This document shows, one piece after another, positions 48,427-59,096 of a DNA stretch of 64,000 bases. The position numbers were made by a program, and so were the translations under genes. Source of the stretch: Candidatus Segatella papionis. GTDB taxonomy: Bacteria; Bacteroidota; Bacteroidia; Bacteroidales; Bacteroidaceae. The stretch spans positions 16,287 to 80,286 of the forward strand of contig DBLF01000123.1 in the NCBI GenBank assembly GCA_002297965.1. Direction: 5' to 3'. Within the stretch, counting starts at the first letter, position 1, and each line of letters opens with the position of its first letter. The notes under the pieces were generated by a model. It ran no database searches, had not been told where the DNA came from, and saw only the letters and a list, made by a program, of their open reading frames with translations.

Positions 48427-48703
48427 TTTAAGTATTGTCTTATTTCCGTGCAAAGATACTAAAAAAAGCTGAGAAACAGGTGGTTTTCTTTGTGAAAAAT
48501 AGCCAAAAATGAGATAAAAAACTGTGTTTTATGAGAAGTGGTAGAAAACTTTGGGGAAAGGGCGTGAAACAAACTTGAAACGGTGGGGGTAGAGGACTTA
48601 GTGTGCGGACTGCAGCGGTCTGATAGTGCCAAATAAAAGAATAAGGCTGCGACCCTTCAAGAAGGATTGCAGCCTTATTTATTTTATTGCTTAGACTTGC
48701 GAG

Positions 48704-48958
48704 TTAGGCCAACTTAGCGATGTGCTGTGTGAGACCAGACTTCAAGTTAGCAGCCTTGTTCTGATGAATAACGTTGATCTTAGCCAACTTGTCTAAAAGC
48801 TTCTGTACTGTAGGATAGAGCTTTGCAGCCTCCTCCTTGTCAGTCATGTTGCGCAATTTGCGAACGGCATTGCGCATAGTCTTTGCATAGTACTTGTTAT
48901 GCAAAGCCTTCTTCTTGTCCTGACGGATTCTCTTAACTGATGATTTGTGATTTGCCAT
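48704..48958 (-). CDS. rpsT: 30S ribosomal protein S20
   Basis: [13 protein letters not shown]...IHQNKAA. Confidence 0.96.
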   Translation of the reverse strand: MANHKSSVKRIRQDKKKALHNKYYAKTMRNAVRKLRNMTDKEEAAKLYPTVQKLLDKLAKINVIHQNKAANLKSGLTQHIAKLA

Positions 48959-48995
48959 CTCTATGTTTTATTATTTTATTCTTTATTAATGTTTG

Positions 48996-49067
48996 TAGTC
49001 CCTAGCAGAGTCGAACTGCTCTTTAGAGAATGAAAATCTCTCGTCCTAACCGATAGACGAAGGGACC
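48996..49067 (-). tRNA. tRNA-Glu (TTC)
   Basis: Minus strand GGTCCCT acceptor stem, AGAGA-TT-TTC-AT-TCTCT anticodon arm, GTTCGAC T-loop. Confidence 0.93.
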
Positions 49068-49191
49068 ATTGCTGTTTTGCGGGTGCAAAGTTACTACTTT
49101 TATTTGAATCCTGCAAATTTTTTGTGGAAAATTTTCGCTAAATGCCTGTTTTTTTGTAATTTTGCCCTGTTTTTGATTAATTATAAGTAAT

Positions 49192-49917
49192 ATGGAAGTT
49201 AAAACAAGAGCTATTGTACTGCAAACCATTAAGTATGGTGATTCGCAACTTATCGTGGATTTTTTTACGGAGAAGTTGGGAAGACTGTCCTTTATGGTAA
49301 AAATCTCCAAATCTTCGAAGGCTAAGATGAAGCGCCAACTGTTTCAGCCCTTGATGGTGCTCAATTTGGAATTTGAGCATCGTCCTAAGGCTAATTTACA
49401 GCATCTGAAAGATGTCTCTATCGCTCTGCCTTTTGTGGATTTGCCATTTTCGCCAGCCAAGTTAGCTATGTCTATGTTCTTGGCAGAACTTCTTGGGCAA
49501 GCCACTAAAAATGAACAGTCTAATCTTCCGCTTTACGCTTTCATCGAGGAGAGCATATTATGGTTGGACCATGCAAAGGATGGGTATGCTAATTTCCATA
49601 TTGTCTTTATGGTACGTCTTACGTTCTTCTTGGGTTTTTCGCCTAACTTGGAGAGTGGAGAGAATGGAGATTATTTTGACTTGGAAGATGGTTGCTTTGT
49701 GCCTTATGTCCCTACCCATAGACATTATTTAAGTAAAGAGGATTCTTACCGTATGGTGGGATTGTTTCGCTTAAGCTATGAAACAATGCACCTCTACACA
49801 ATGTCTCGGTTAGATCGAAACCGTTGTGTAGAGGTGATATTGGAGTATTATAAAATTCATGTGCCTGGTTTCCCGGAACTGAAGAGCTTTTCTGTCCTTC
49901 GAGAACTGTTTTCCTAA
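49192..49917 (+). CDS. recO: DNA repair protein RecO
   Basis: AIVLQTIKYGDSQLIV N-terminal OB fold; LGFSP; FDLEDG. Confidence 0.88.
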   Translation: MEVKTRAIVLQTIKYGDSQLIVDFFTEKLGRLSFMVKISKSSKAKMKRQLFQPLMVLNLEFEHRPKANLQHLKDVSIALPFVDLPFSPAKLAMSMFLAELLGQATKNEQSNLPLYAFIEESILWLDHAKDGYANFHIVFMVRLTFFLGFSPNLESGENGDYFDLEDGCFVPYVPTHRHYLSKEDSYRMVGLFRLSYETMHLYTMSRLDRNRCVEVILEYYKIHVPGFPELKSFSVLRELFS

Positions 49918-50008
49918 GGGCAGAATCTGTTTGTGTTTGAAACGCTCTTCAAGAAACAGTTTGTTAATCGCTTTTCTTTGCTAATCGCTTTTCCAAACTG
50001 CTGTTTCT

Positions 50009-51343
50009 TTAAGCGAAGCTGATGACTCCCTGCACTGCATCGCCATCGTCTTTCTTGCTCTCTTCCACTTCTATGTTTCCAGAAGCAAGGCTTCTGATGT
50101 CTTCCAATGTTTGGCGAGTGCGCTTATAGGTTGGAGTGTTCTCAACCTGCAGGATGACATCTTCGTTGTCGAGGTCTTCTGGGCGGAACAAGAATATATG
50201 TGGGTGACGTTTGTACTGGGTTGAGTTGCCGTCAGAACCATAGTAACGCTCTCGTCTGTTCTGACGTTCAGCTCTGGTCTCTTCCTCTTCGGCGATACGG
50301 CGAGCTTCCTCCTCCGTATGCTTCTTCATGTGGCGGTTCATACCTTCCACGTCTTCGAGACCGAAACCTGTGGCCAATACTGTGACCTTTACTCTGCTGC
50401 CCAACTCTGGGTCAATGGCGAGTCCCCACTTCAATTCGAAATCGTCGCCAAACTTCTCCATAAAGTCGTTCACGTCGTTCATTTCGTCCATCGTTAAGCC
50501 AGGATTATCCTTTTTCTCGCTGGCGAAAGCGATGCTCAGGAGAATCTTCTTTGAGTTGAATACGTCGTTATCGTTGAGCAATGGTGAGTTCAATGCATCT
50601 TCGATGGCTTTCTTGACACGACCTTCTCCTTCGCCATAACCTGTACTCATAATGGCAACGCCACCATCTTTCAATACGGTTTTGACATCGTTGAAGTCGA
50701 GGTTGATGAGACCATGCACCGTGATGATTTCAGCGATACTCTTGGCTGCGACGCTCAGTGTGTCGTCTGCCTTGCCGAATGCATCTAGTACGGCGAGGTC
50801 TGGGTAAATCTGGCGCAGTCGTTCGTTGTTAATGACCAACAAGGCATCTACGTGCTTTGACATTTCCTCCACACCGTCGAGTGCTTGGTCTATTTTCTTA
50901 GGACCCTCGAAGCGGAATGGAATAGTGACGATACCCACGGTAAGGATGCCCAGGTCTTTGCTTACTCGGGCTATAACTGGAGCTGCACCTGTTCCTGTAC
51001 CACCGCCCATACCGGCAGTGATGAATGCCATTTTGGTGCCATCGTTGAGCATGTTCTTGATTTCGTCGATGGTTTCCTCAGCGGCTTGGCGAGCCTTGGC
51101 TGGTTTGTTGCCAGCTCCTAGACCTTCTTTTCCGAGTTGGAGATGTACTGGCACGGGCGAATCGTTGAGTGCCTGATTATCGGTGTTGCACAAAACGAAG
51201 CTCACGTCATGTATGCCTTCGCGATACATGTGGTTTACGGCGTTGCCGCCGCCACCACCAACACCAATCACCTTGATGATGCTGTTTTCCTTTTCTGGCT
51301 CTCCAAAGTCCAGTATATGTGGAGTGTTTGCGTTATCTTGCAT
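50009..51343 (-). CDS. ftsZ: Cell division protein FtsZ
   Basis: GVGGGGGN, GGGTGTG, NLDFND. Confidence 0.97.
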   Translation of the reverse strand: MQDNANTPHILDFGEPEKENSIIKVIGVGGGGGNAVNHMYREGIHDVSFVLCNTDNQALNDSPVPVHLQLGKEGLGAGNKPAKARQAAEETIDEIKNMLNDGTKMAFITAGMGGGTGTGAAPVIARVSKDLGILTVGIVTIPFRFEGPKKIDQALDGVEEMSKHVDALLVINNERLRQIYPDLAVLDAFGKADDTLSVAAKSIAEIITVHGLINLDFNDVKTVLKDGGVAIMSTGYGEGEGRVKKAIEDALNSPLLNDNDVFNSKKILLSIAFASEKKDNPGLTMDEMNDVNDFMEKFGDDFELKWGLAIDPELGSRVKVTVLATGFGLEDVEGMNRHMKKHTEEEARRIAEEEETRAERQNRRERYYGSDGNSTQYKRHPHIFLFRPEDLDNEDVILQVENTPTYKRTRQTLEDIRSLASGNIEVEESKKDDGDAVQGVISFA

Positions 51344-51388
51344 AATCGTATATTCTAAAATATGATTTTACAATATGTCTTCCTTTAT

Positions 51389-52834
51389 TTATTCTTCCTC
51401 AGAGATGGTGTCCTTCACAAACTTCTTGAATCCTCTCATGAATTTGTGGACGAGACTGTTCTCTTTTCGGCGCTTAGCTTCTTCCTCGGCTTCTTTTTCC
51501 GCCAAGATTCTAGCTTCTTCCTCTTCTTGCTCTCTCTTTCGGCGGGCTTCCTCTTCAGCCTTGCGCTTTTCTTCGGCTGTCAAGACGACTCCCTTTCCTG
51601 TTGTCTCGTTAGGGTTGCGTGCAGCTTTATGCGTTTCTGCGCCCATTGCCTTGTTCTCGATGTTGTCGAAGAGACCATTGCCGATTTCGTTGCCTGCACA
51701 GTTCATATCGCCCTTTGCTAAAAGACCTAATACGGTATTCATCATTCCATCGTGGTTTGTAATCTTTGGGTCTTTTGAGTTGACGGTCTGCATTACAAAC
51801 TTGGCGATGCGAACTTTGTCGATGTGTGTATGTGTCTTGAATACCTTGTCGATTTCAGGCATGTTGCTGCCACCACCTGTCAAGATGATGCCGCCCATCA
51901 ACTTATCGGAGAATTCCACTGGTACCTGGAACCATGCATTTTCTACGATTTCTTCTACACGTGCTTCAACAATCTCGATGAATTTCTTGCTTTCTACTGT
52001 TCTGTCTTTGTCAACAGTATAGCTCAAGGTTGGATCGATGTTGCTGATGTCGGTATAAGCCTTGGCGTATCTCAGCTTCATTCTTTCAGCGTCGGCTTCC
52101 TCTATTTGCAGACACGTTAAATCCTTTGTTACATTATTGCCTCCCAAAGGTATGACAGACAAGTGACGCAAGATACCCTTGTAATAGACGGATACAGTCG
52201 TGGTGTCGGCTCCCAGGTCAACGAGCATACAACCCGCACGTTTCTCAGAATCGCTCAGAACGCTGTCTGCCATTGCCAAAGGTGCGAGATACATCTCTGC
52301 TATAGGGATGTTGGCGTTCTCAAAGCAGGTGTTGATGTTGTTGTAGAAGTTCTTACGCCAAAGTATGTTGAGGAAGATTCCCTCCAAATGGTTGCACTGT
52401 ATGCCTACAGGGTCTATTTGGTACTGGTTGTCAACCTTGTATTCCTGTGTGGCCGCATCCAAGATCTCTTGGTCTGGGTAAGTCATGTTGCGATTGATGT
52501 CCATAAGCTCATTGATCATGTCTTGCGAAATGATCGATGTGCCCGGTAAATCTTTTACGATGACGTTCTTGATGCTTCTGATAGATCTGCCTCCTACACC
52601 CACATAAACCTGGGTGATGTCTTGCTTGAGAATGTTCTTCAGCTTCTTGATGATGCTAACTAGGCATTGGCAAGTCTTGTCAATGTTGTAGATAACACCT
52701 TTTCTGATGCATGAAGACGAATTCTCCTCGACGGTAGCAAGTACGGTGATGCTACCGTCTAAATTCTTCTGACCTGCTATACCTGTCATCTTAGATGAGC
52801 CAAGCTCGATAGCTACAATAAATTCCTTTGGCAT
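51389..52834 (-). CDS. ftsA: Cell division protein FtsA
   Basis: IELGSSK, DLGADTT, LTGGGS; position in dcw cluster. Confidence 0.93.
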   Translation of the reverse strand: MPKEFIVAIELGSSKMTGIAGQKNLDGSITVLATVEENSSSCIRKGVIYNIDKTCQCLVSIIKKLKNILKQDITQVYVGVGGRSIRSIKNVIVKDLPGTSIISQDMINELMDINRNMTYPDQEILDAATQEYKVDNQYQIDPVGIQCNHLEGIFLNILWRKNFYNNINTCFENANIPIAEMYLAPLAMADSVLSDSEKRAGCMLVDLGADTTTVSVYYKGILRHLSVIPLGGNNVTKDLTCLQIEEADAERMKLRYAKAYTDISNIDPTLSYTVDKDRTVESKKFIEIVEARVEEIVENAWFQVPVEFSDKLMGGIILTGGGSNMPEIDKVFKTHTHIDKVRIAKFVMQTVNSKDPKITNHDGMMNTVLGLLAKGDMNCAGNEIGNGLFDNIENKAMGAETHKAARNPNETTGKGVVLTAEEKRKAEEEARRKREQEEEEARILAEKEAEEEAKRRKENSLVHKFMRGFKKFVKDTISEEE

Positions 52835-52872
52835 AGTCCTTATATATTATCTTTTTCTGTTTCTATTTTATA

Positions 52873-53667
52873 TTAGCTGTTATGATGCTTTGTGCAAATA
52901 ATCTGGTTGTCAAACTCAATGTTGATGTATGAGTATTTATTCCAGCCAGCTTGCGAGAGTCCGTATTTGTAGAATTTTTCCAGTCGGTCCATCTTCTTGT
53001 TGATGAATTCTTCTACATCCTTTTCTCTTTTGCTGATGATATTGCTCTCAGGCAGGTTACCTATATATATAATGTGGTTTCCCACCCTGGGCACTAACTC
53101 GATGCCCCTGTTGGGCAGTACGTTGATCTGCTCTATCTGGTTTCTCCAAAGATTGTTCGTCATCAGAGTCTTGCTTACCAGTGATATATACTTTTGGGCA
53201 TACCATCTGTTGATGTTGCCCGTGGCGATGATGATGTCGCTCGTATAGTTGGTGTTGGGCATGATCTGATAATGATCATCTATATAGTAGTCCTCGTTGT
53301 TGATGCTCTTGATTCTAACAATTGGCATGCGCTGTGTGAGATAGATATCTACCAGTCCATCTTGGGTCTTATAGCACTCTGCGGTTTTCACAAAGGGACT
53401 GGTCTTCAGGCTCTCCTCTATCTTTCTGGCGTTCACTTCGTTGAGTGGCCTTTCCAAGGGATAGAGTTTCCGCAGCTCCAGTCTCTTCTTGATTTCCTTG
53501 GCGTTCAGAAAGCCATTGGTCATTTCATCTTCTATGTTGATGTTCACCTTGGTGCATACAAGATTCTTTTCATCAGGCTTGTTAAACTTGGTGAAAGCGA
53601 ATCCCAGGTATGTGGCTATTGCGACATCTAGGGTGATGATGATGGTTTTCTGCCAATTGATATGCAT
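52873..53667 (-). CDS. ftsQ: Cell division protein FtsQ
   Basis: Single N-terminal TM; between murC and ftsA. Confidence 0.82.
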   Translation of the reverse strand: MHINWQKTIIITLDVAIATYLGFAFTKFNKPDEKNLVCTKVNINIEDEMTNGFLNAKEIKKRLELRKLYPLERPLNEVNARKIEESLKTSPFVKTAECYKTQDGLVDIYLTQRMPIVRIKSINNEDYYIDDHYQIMPNTNYTSDIIIATGNINRWYAQKYISLVSKTLMTNNLWRNQIEQINVLPNRGIELVPRVGNHIIYIGNLPESNIISKREKDVEEFINKKMDRLEKFYKYGLSQAGWNKYSYINIEFDNQIICTKHHNS

Positions 53668-53709
53668 TTTTGTTGTTTCTTGTTTTGCAAGTTCCCTTTG
53701 TCGAAGGGT

Positions 53710-55086
53710 TTATTTTGCTTCTAGAATCTTTGTGATTTCAGGGACGTAGTTGTCCAAGTCGCCTGCTCCCAGTACGATGAGTACATCGAAGTCTCTGCTT
53801 TTCACCAAGTTGAGTACGTCTTCCTTGTGAATCATGCTCTTTTCCACGCCTGGTTTCAGGTTGTCGTAGATGAGCTTGGATGTTACGCCTGGGATTGGCT
53901 TTTCACGAGCAGGATAGATGTCACAGAGAATGACTTCGTCAAGAAGACTCAGGCTGTTGGCAAAGTCTTTGTAGAAGTCACGAGTGCGTGTGTAGAGGTG
54001 TGGCTGGAAGATGGCTGTGATTTTGCGATCTTTATAAAGCTCACGGATGCTCTTGGCGCTTTGGTATATCTCCTTAGGATGGTGTGCGTAGTCTGAGAGG
54101 AACACGTGCTTGTCGTTTTTAATCTTGAAGTCGAAGCGGCGTTCTACACCTTCGTACGTCTTCATACCCTTGCGCAGTTCATCGGCTGTGCAGCCGTTCA
54201 ACTGTGCCATTGCCATGGCTGCCACACCGTTCTCGATGTTGATTGGCACAGGCTGACCGAGTTCTACGCCTGTTACGTTTTCGATTGGTGAGATGAAGTC
54301 GAATGTAATCTCGCCATTGTCTATCTTGATGTTTTCGGCATGGAAGTCCCCTTCGTTGAGGCTGTATTCATATACCTTGACTCCATCCTGCACGTGCTGC
54401 TTCATTTCCAAATCCTTGTGGATGATGAGTGCACCGCCTGGCTGGATGAGTTCCGTGTAATGACGGAAGCTTTCGAGATATGCCTCTTTGGTGCCATAAA
54501 TGTCGAGATGATCAGGGTCTGTGGCTGTGATGACGCTCATCCAAGGGCGCAACCAGTGGAAGCTACGGTCGAATTCATCAGCCTCGATTACCACATAGTC
54601 GCTCTTGTCGGAGAGGATATAGTTGGTGCCATAGTTCTTGGAGATTCCGCCGAGGAATGCATTACAGTCGATGTGACTCTGGTGCATAATATGGGCGCAC
54701 ATGGTAGATGTGGTAGTCTTGCCATGGGTGCCGGCGACACACAGCCCCTTGTGGGTACGGGTCAAGGTTCCCAGTACCTGGGCACGTTTCTCGATGGTGA
54801 ATCCGTTTTCGTGGAAATACACCAGTTCTTTGTGCTCGGCAGGGATGGCGGGAGTATAGACTACCAATGTTGTTTTGGCATCCTTGCAAGCCTCTGGGAT
54901 GAGATCTACATTCTCCTCGTAGTGGATGAGCATTCCCTCTTTCTCCAAGTCGTGGGTGAGATTGGAAGGGGTCTTGTCATATCCTGCTACTACCAACTTC
55001 TTGTTGAGGAAGTATCTTGCGATGGCGCTCATTCCGATACCGCCAGCTCCAACGAAATAAACTGCTTTAATATCTTTGATTTCCAT
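53710..55086 (-). CDS. murC: UDP-N-acetylmuramate--L-alanine ligase
   Basis: GAGGIGMS, GTHGKTTT, DYAHHP. Confidence 0.95.
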   Translation of the reverse strand: MEIKDIKAVYFVGAGGIGMSAIARYFLNKKLVVAGYDKTPSNLTHDLEKEGMLIHYEENVDLIPEACKDAKTTLVVYTPAIPAEHKELVYFHENGFTIEKRAQVLGTLTRTHKGLCVAGTHGKTTTSTMCAHIMHQSHIDCNAFLGGISKNYGTNYILSDKSDYVVIEADEFDRSFHWLRPWMSVITATDPDHLDIYGTKEAYLESFRHYTELIQPGGALIIHKDLEMKQHVQDGVKVYEYSLNEGDFHAENIKIDNGEITFDFISPIENVTGVELGQPVPINIENGVAAMAMAQLNGCTADELRKGMKTYEGVERRFDFKIKNDKHVFLSDYAHHPKEIYQSAKSIRELYKDRKITAIFQPHLYTRTRDFYKDFANSLSLLDEVILCDIYPAREKPIPGVTSKLIYDNLKPGVEKSMIHKEDVLNLVKSRDFDVLIVLGAGDLDNYVPEITKILEAK

Positions 55087-56204
55087 TATTTTGTTGCTAA
55101 TTTTATTACTTCGTCGGCGATGACGTCGGCAGAGTTCTTTAATCCTAATTTCTTGATGTTTTCACTGAGTGATGCTAGCTTAGCCTCGTCTTTTACGGTT
55201 TCGATGGCTTTCTTCAGCAAGACCTGTGGTGCTTCCACGTCCTTTACGTAAATGGCTGCGTCCTTGTTGACCAATGCCATGGCATTCTTGGTCTGATGGT
55301 CTTCTGCCACGTTAGGGCTAGGAACAAGTATGACAGGCTTACCGATGAGGCAGAACTCGCTGATGCTGCTGGCACCGGCACGGCTGATGACGAGGTCGGC
55401 TGCCTTGTATGCAGCGCCCATATCGCTGATGAAGTCTGTAACCTTGAGCATTGGCAATTCTGCTTCCTTTCCTTTCAACTGCTCCATGATGGCGGCGTTG
55501 TAATATTTACCTGTTTGCCAGATAAACTGCACGCCACTTTCCTTCACCAGGTCGAGGTGCTGTAGAATACTCTCGTTGATGGTTCTTGCGCCGAGGCTAC
55601 CGCCTACGAGCAAGATGGTCTTTTTGTCTGGGTCCAGTCCGAATTGCTTGCGTGCTTCTTCCTTGGTGATGGTTGTCTCCAGTACATTCTGTCGTACTGG
55701 GTTTCCCGTCATGATAATCTTGTCGGCAGGGAAGAATCTCTCCATTCCTTCGTAAGCCACGCATATCTTTTCTGCCTTCTTCGCCAAGAGCTTGTTGGTT
55801 ACACCTGCGTATGAGTTTTGCTCCTGGATGAGGCAAGGTATTCCTTTGCTTGCGCAAACGTTGAGTGTAGGGCCGCTGGCATATCCGCCCACGCCTACCG
55901 CAGCCATTGGCTTGAACTTCTTGATGATGTTCTTTGCCATGTGCTGGCTTTTCCATATCTTGAAGAGCACGGCGATGTTCTTGAGCAGGTGCTTTCTGTC
56001 GAATCCGCAGATAGGCAATCCTTTGATTTCATAGCCAGCGGCTGGTACTCGCTGCATTTCCATTCTGCCGAGTGCTCCTACAAACAAAATCTTGGCATCA
56101 GGGCGCTTTGCCTTGATGGCGTTTGCGATAGAAACGGCTGGGAAAATATGACCTCCTGTGCCGCCTCCACTTATGATGATTCTTAATTCATTATTCATAT
56201 CCAT
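55086..56204 (-). CDS. murG: Lipid II N-acetylglucosaminyltransferase
   Basis: GGGTGGH, EQNS, GGSLGA, SRAGA. Confidence 0.95.
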   Translation of the reverse strand: MDMNNELRIIISGGGTGGHIFPAVSIANAIKAKRPDAKILFVGALGRMEMQRVPAAGYEIKGLPICGFDRKHLLKNIAVLFKIWKSQHMAKNIIKKFKPMAAVGVGGYASGPTLNVCASKGIPCLIQEQNSYAGVTNKLLAKKAEKICVAYEGMERFFPADKIIMTGNPVRQNVLETTITKEEARKQFGLDPDKKTILLVGGSLGARTINESILQHLDLVKESGVQFIWQTGKYYNAAIMEQLKGKEAELPMLKVTDFISDMGAAYKAADLVISRAGASSISEFCLIGKPVILVPSPNVAEDHQTKNAMALVNKDAAIYVKDVEAPQVLLKKAIETVKDEAKLASLSENIKKLGLKNSADVIADEVIKLATK

Positions 56205-56300
56205 TCTTGTTTATGACCCAAGGGTCAACAATTCCAACGCAAAGGTAAGCAAAAAAATCCATTTAATGGCAATTTTTACCTAATTTTAGATAGTCTTTTT

Positions 56301-57578
56301 TTATGCAACTGCAAATTTGTCAAGATTTGCTTCATTTTGAGGCATTTCTTTCTTCTTTGCAGTCCTGCTGATGCTTAAAATGACTCCCAAATAGAGACAG
56401 TTGATGATGGTGGAGGTTCCACCTCTACTGATGAGCGGTAGTGGTTGTCCTGTAACTGGTGCCAACCCTACGGCAACAGCCATGTTAAACAGGGCTTGTA
56501 CTACCAGCATGATGGCAAGTCCCATACATAGGAAAGCTGGGAAAGTATTCTCGCATCTGTTGGCTATCCTGCCAGCTCTGAAGAGCAAGATGATGTACAA
56601 AAATGCCACGAACACGGCTCCCCATATACCCATTTCCTCTATGATGATGGCATAGATGAAGTCGGAGAATGCTTGCGAGAGGAAGTCTCGTTCCACGGAG
56701 TTGCCTGGTCCTTTTCCTACGATGTTGGATGAGGCTATGGCGATGTTGGCATGCGCCACTTGGGCGTCTTTGTCCAGGTCCACGTCTTCTGGGGCTACCG
56801 ACTTGGAGTCCAAGAACTTGTCAATGCGGGCCTTCCATGTGTCGGCACGGTGGAACATTTTTTGGGCCATGCCTGGCTCATCTTTGTCCTGTTCGATATT
56901 TTCGGTCAGCGTATTTTCGGGTTTGGCGTTCGTATCTCCTTTGTCTTCTCCCACAATCATGACGGCTGCGAAGATGACGCAGACAAAGATGATTACACTA
57001 CCAACAAGCTTCCCTAGTTGCTTCATGGGCACTCTTCCGATGATCATCATGCATAAGATGGTGACACAGAGAAGCATGGCGGTGGACAGGTTCTCCAGTC
57101 CGATGAGAAACACGAAGGGGCTACAAGCAGTTAGCACATACTTGTAGGCTCTTCGGTCGGCACCATTCGATGTTTGCATGGCACTGAGAATTTGGGCCAC
57201 TACCAGGACTACTGCTCCTTTGGCTATCTCGGATGGCTGGAACTGGATACCTACGAAGTTTACCCAACGAGAGGCTCCGTTGGTAGATTGTCCTGCCACC
57301 AATACCCATATCAGCATGATAAGGGATGGAATGATGATAAAAGGTGTGGTAATCTTGAAATACTTGCACTTAACCTTGAGCATACATATCATGGTGCCTA
57401 AGCCCATTAACAGCAGACCTACGTGGCGGATGACCGGAGCCATGTAGTTTCCGCTTTGGTATGACAGAGAGCTGGAGGCAGAATACACCTCCACGATGCT
57501 GATCATACAGAGAAAGAAGAAAACCATCCAGATTACCTTGTCTCCCTTGAATATGTTGCCTATGGTCTTATTGTTCAT
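56301..57578 (-). CDS. ftsW: FtsW/RodA/SpoVE family peptidoglycan polymerase
   Basis: NGASRW, QPSE, SDFIYAII, LPLISRGG. Confidence 0.92.
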   Translation of the reverse strand: MNNKTIGNIFKGDKVIWMVFFFLCMISIVEVYSASSSLSYQSGNYMAPVIRHVGLLLMGLGTMICMLKVKCKYFKITTPFIIIPSLIMLIWVLVAGQSTNGASRWVNFVGIQFQPSEIAKGAVVLVVAQILSAMQTSNGADRRAYKYVLTACSPFVFLIGLENLSTAMLLCVTILCMMIIGRVPMKQLGKLVGSVIIFVCVIFAAVMIVGEDKGDTNAKPENTLTENIEQDKDEPGMAQKMFHRADTWKARIDKFLDSKSVAPEDVDLDKDAQVAHANIAIASSNIVGKGPGNSVERDFLSQAFSDFIYAIIIEEMGIWGAVFVAFLYIILLFRAGRIANRCENTFPAFLCMGLAIMLVVQALFNMAVAVGLAPVTGQPLPLISRGGTSTIINCLYLGVILSISRTAKKKEMPQNEANLDKFAVA

Positions 57579-57661
57579 TTTCCTAAGTTTGTTCTTTCTG
57601 TTATGATGAGAAGTGGAGGAGTAGAGGGATTTTCCCCCTGCTCCTTCGCTTTTTTATCTGA

Positions 57662-58999
57662 TTATTCTCCGATGGCTCTAGCCAATGCCTTGAACTGCTC
57701 GCCTCGGTCTTCCATGTTCTTGAAGAGGTCGAAGCTTGCGCAGCATGGGCTGAGCAATACGGTGTCGCCTGGCTTCGCCAGTTCCTGGCAAGCTGCCACG
57801 CAGTCTTTCATGCTGTGGGTGTCGCGTACAGGGATGCCAAGCTCGTCGAAGTTGTCGTGCAACTTCTTGTTGTCGGCTCCGAGATATACGATGCCCGCAC
57901 ACTTCTGCTTCACCAAGTCCTTGATTTGGTTGTAGTCGTTGCCCTTGTCCTTACCGCCCAAGATGAGGATGGTAGGGGTAGTCATGCTCTCCAAGGCGTA
58001 CCAGCAAGCATCTACGTTGGTGGCCTTTGAGTCGTTTACGTAATATACTCCCTTGAACTTGCCTACTTTCTCCAGTCGGTGTTCCACGCCAGGGAAGTCG
58101 CTCAAGCCCTTGTGCAAGGTTTCCTTGTCAATGCCCACGATGTTGCATGCCAGTGCGGCTGCCAAACTGTTGTAGATGTTGTGCTTGCCGCTGAGGCTCA
58201 TGTCTGCCTGTGGCATCTCGAAGTGGGTAGGGAAGTCGAGTGTGAACTTGCCGTTGTCGATGTATCCCACTGTGCCCTCTTCCTTGGTCTCGGCGAAGGC
58301 GCAGAGGTGACTCTTGAGGTCGTACTTCTTGATTTCCTTGGTCACGATTGGGTCGTCGTTCCAGTAGATGAAGCTGTCTTCCTCTGTTTGGTTCTGGGTG
58401 ATGCGCATCTTGGCATCGATATAGTTCTGCATCTTGAACTCATAGCGATCCAAATGGTCTGGCGTGATGTTGAGCAGGATGGCTACGTTGGCACGGAACT
58501 TATACATGTTGTCGAGCTGGAAACTACTCAATTCGATGACATAGTACTTGTGCGGAGTCTCAGCCACCTGCAAGGCGAGGCTCTTGCCGATGTTGCCCGC
58601 CAAGCCAACGTCGTAACCCGCAGACTTGATGATATGGTAAATCAGCGAAGTGGTGGTGGTCTTGCCGTTGCTGCCGGTGATGCAAATCATCTTGGCATCG
58701 GTGTAGCGACCAGCGAACTCGATTTCACTGATGATAGGAGTGCCCTTTGCCATCAACTTCTGAATCATCGGTGCCTCCTTAGGGATGCCCGGGCTCTTGA
58801 TGACTTCGTCGGCATCTAGAATCTTCTCTTCTGTATGATGGCCCTCTTCCCACTCGATGTGGTGGTCGTCCATCAACTTCTTGTATTTGTCCTTGATTTT
58901 AGACATGTCGGAGACAAATACCTCGAAACCCTCCTTCTTTGCCAGCACGGCAGCACCTGCGCCGCTCTCGCCAGCTCCTAAAATTACAATTTTGCTCAT
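57662..58999 (-). CDS. murD: UDP-N-acetylmuramoyl-L-alanine--D-glutamate ligase
   Basis: GSNGKTT, ELSSFQL, NDSKATN, SPCCASFD. Confidence 0.95.
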   Translation of the reverse strand: MSKIVILGAGESGAGAAVLAKKEGFEVFVSDMSKIKDKYKKLMDDHHIEWEEGHHTEEKILDADEVIKSPGIPKEAPMIQKLMAKGTPIISEIEFAGRYTDAKMICITGSNGKTTTTSLIYHIIKSAGYDVGLAGNIGKSLALQVAETPHKYYVIELSSFQLDNMYKFRANVAILLNITPDHLDRYEFKMQNYIDAKMRITQNQTEEDSFIYWNDDPIVTKEIKKYDLKSHLCAFAETKEEGTVGYIDNGKFTLDFPTHFEMPQADMSLSGKHNIYNSLAAALACNIVGIDKETLHKGLSDFPGVEHRLEKVGKFKGVYYVNDSKATNVDACWYALESMTTPTILILGGKDKGNDYNQIKDLVKQKCAGIVYLGADNKKLHDNFDELGIPVRDTHSMKDCVAACQELAKPGDTVLLSPCCASFDLFKNMEDRGEQFKALARAIGE

Positions 59000-59096
59000 A
59001 TTGTTATTTTATCTAACCTCCTTCCCCGAAGGGAGGAGGTATCTTTTTGTGTCGATTTTTTTGTTTCGGACGATATTATCCGTTTTTTATAAGACG

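Noticed and set aside
48996..49067. tRNA-Glu as an island integration site
   Set aside because: Flanked by housekeeping genes; no integrase or duplicated tRNA 3' end seen
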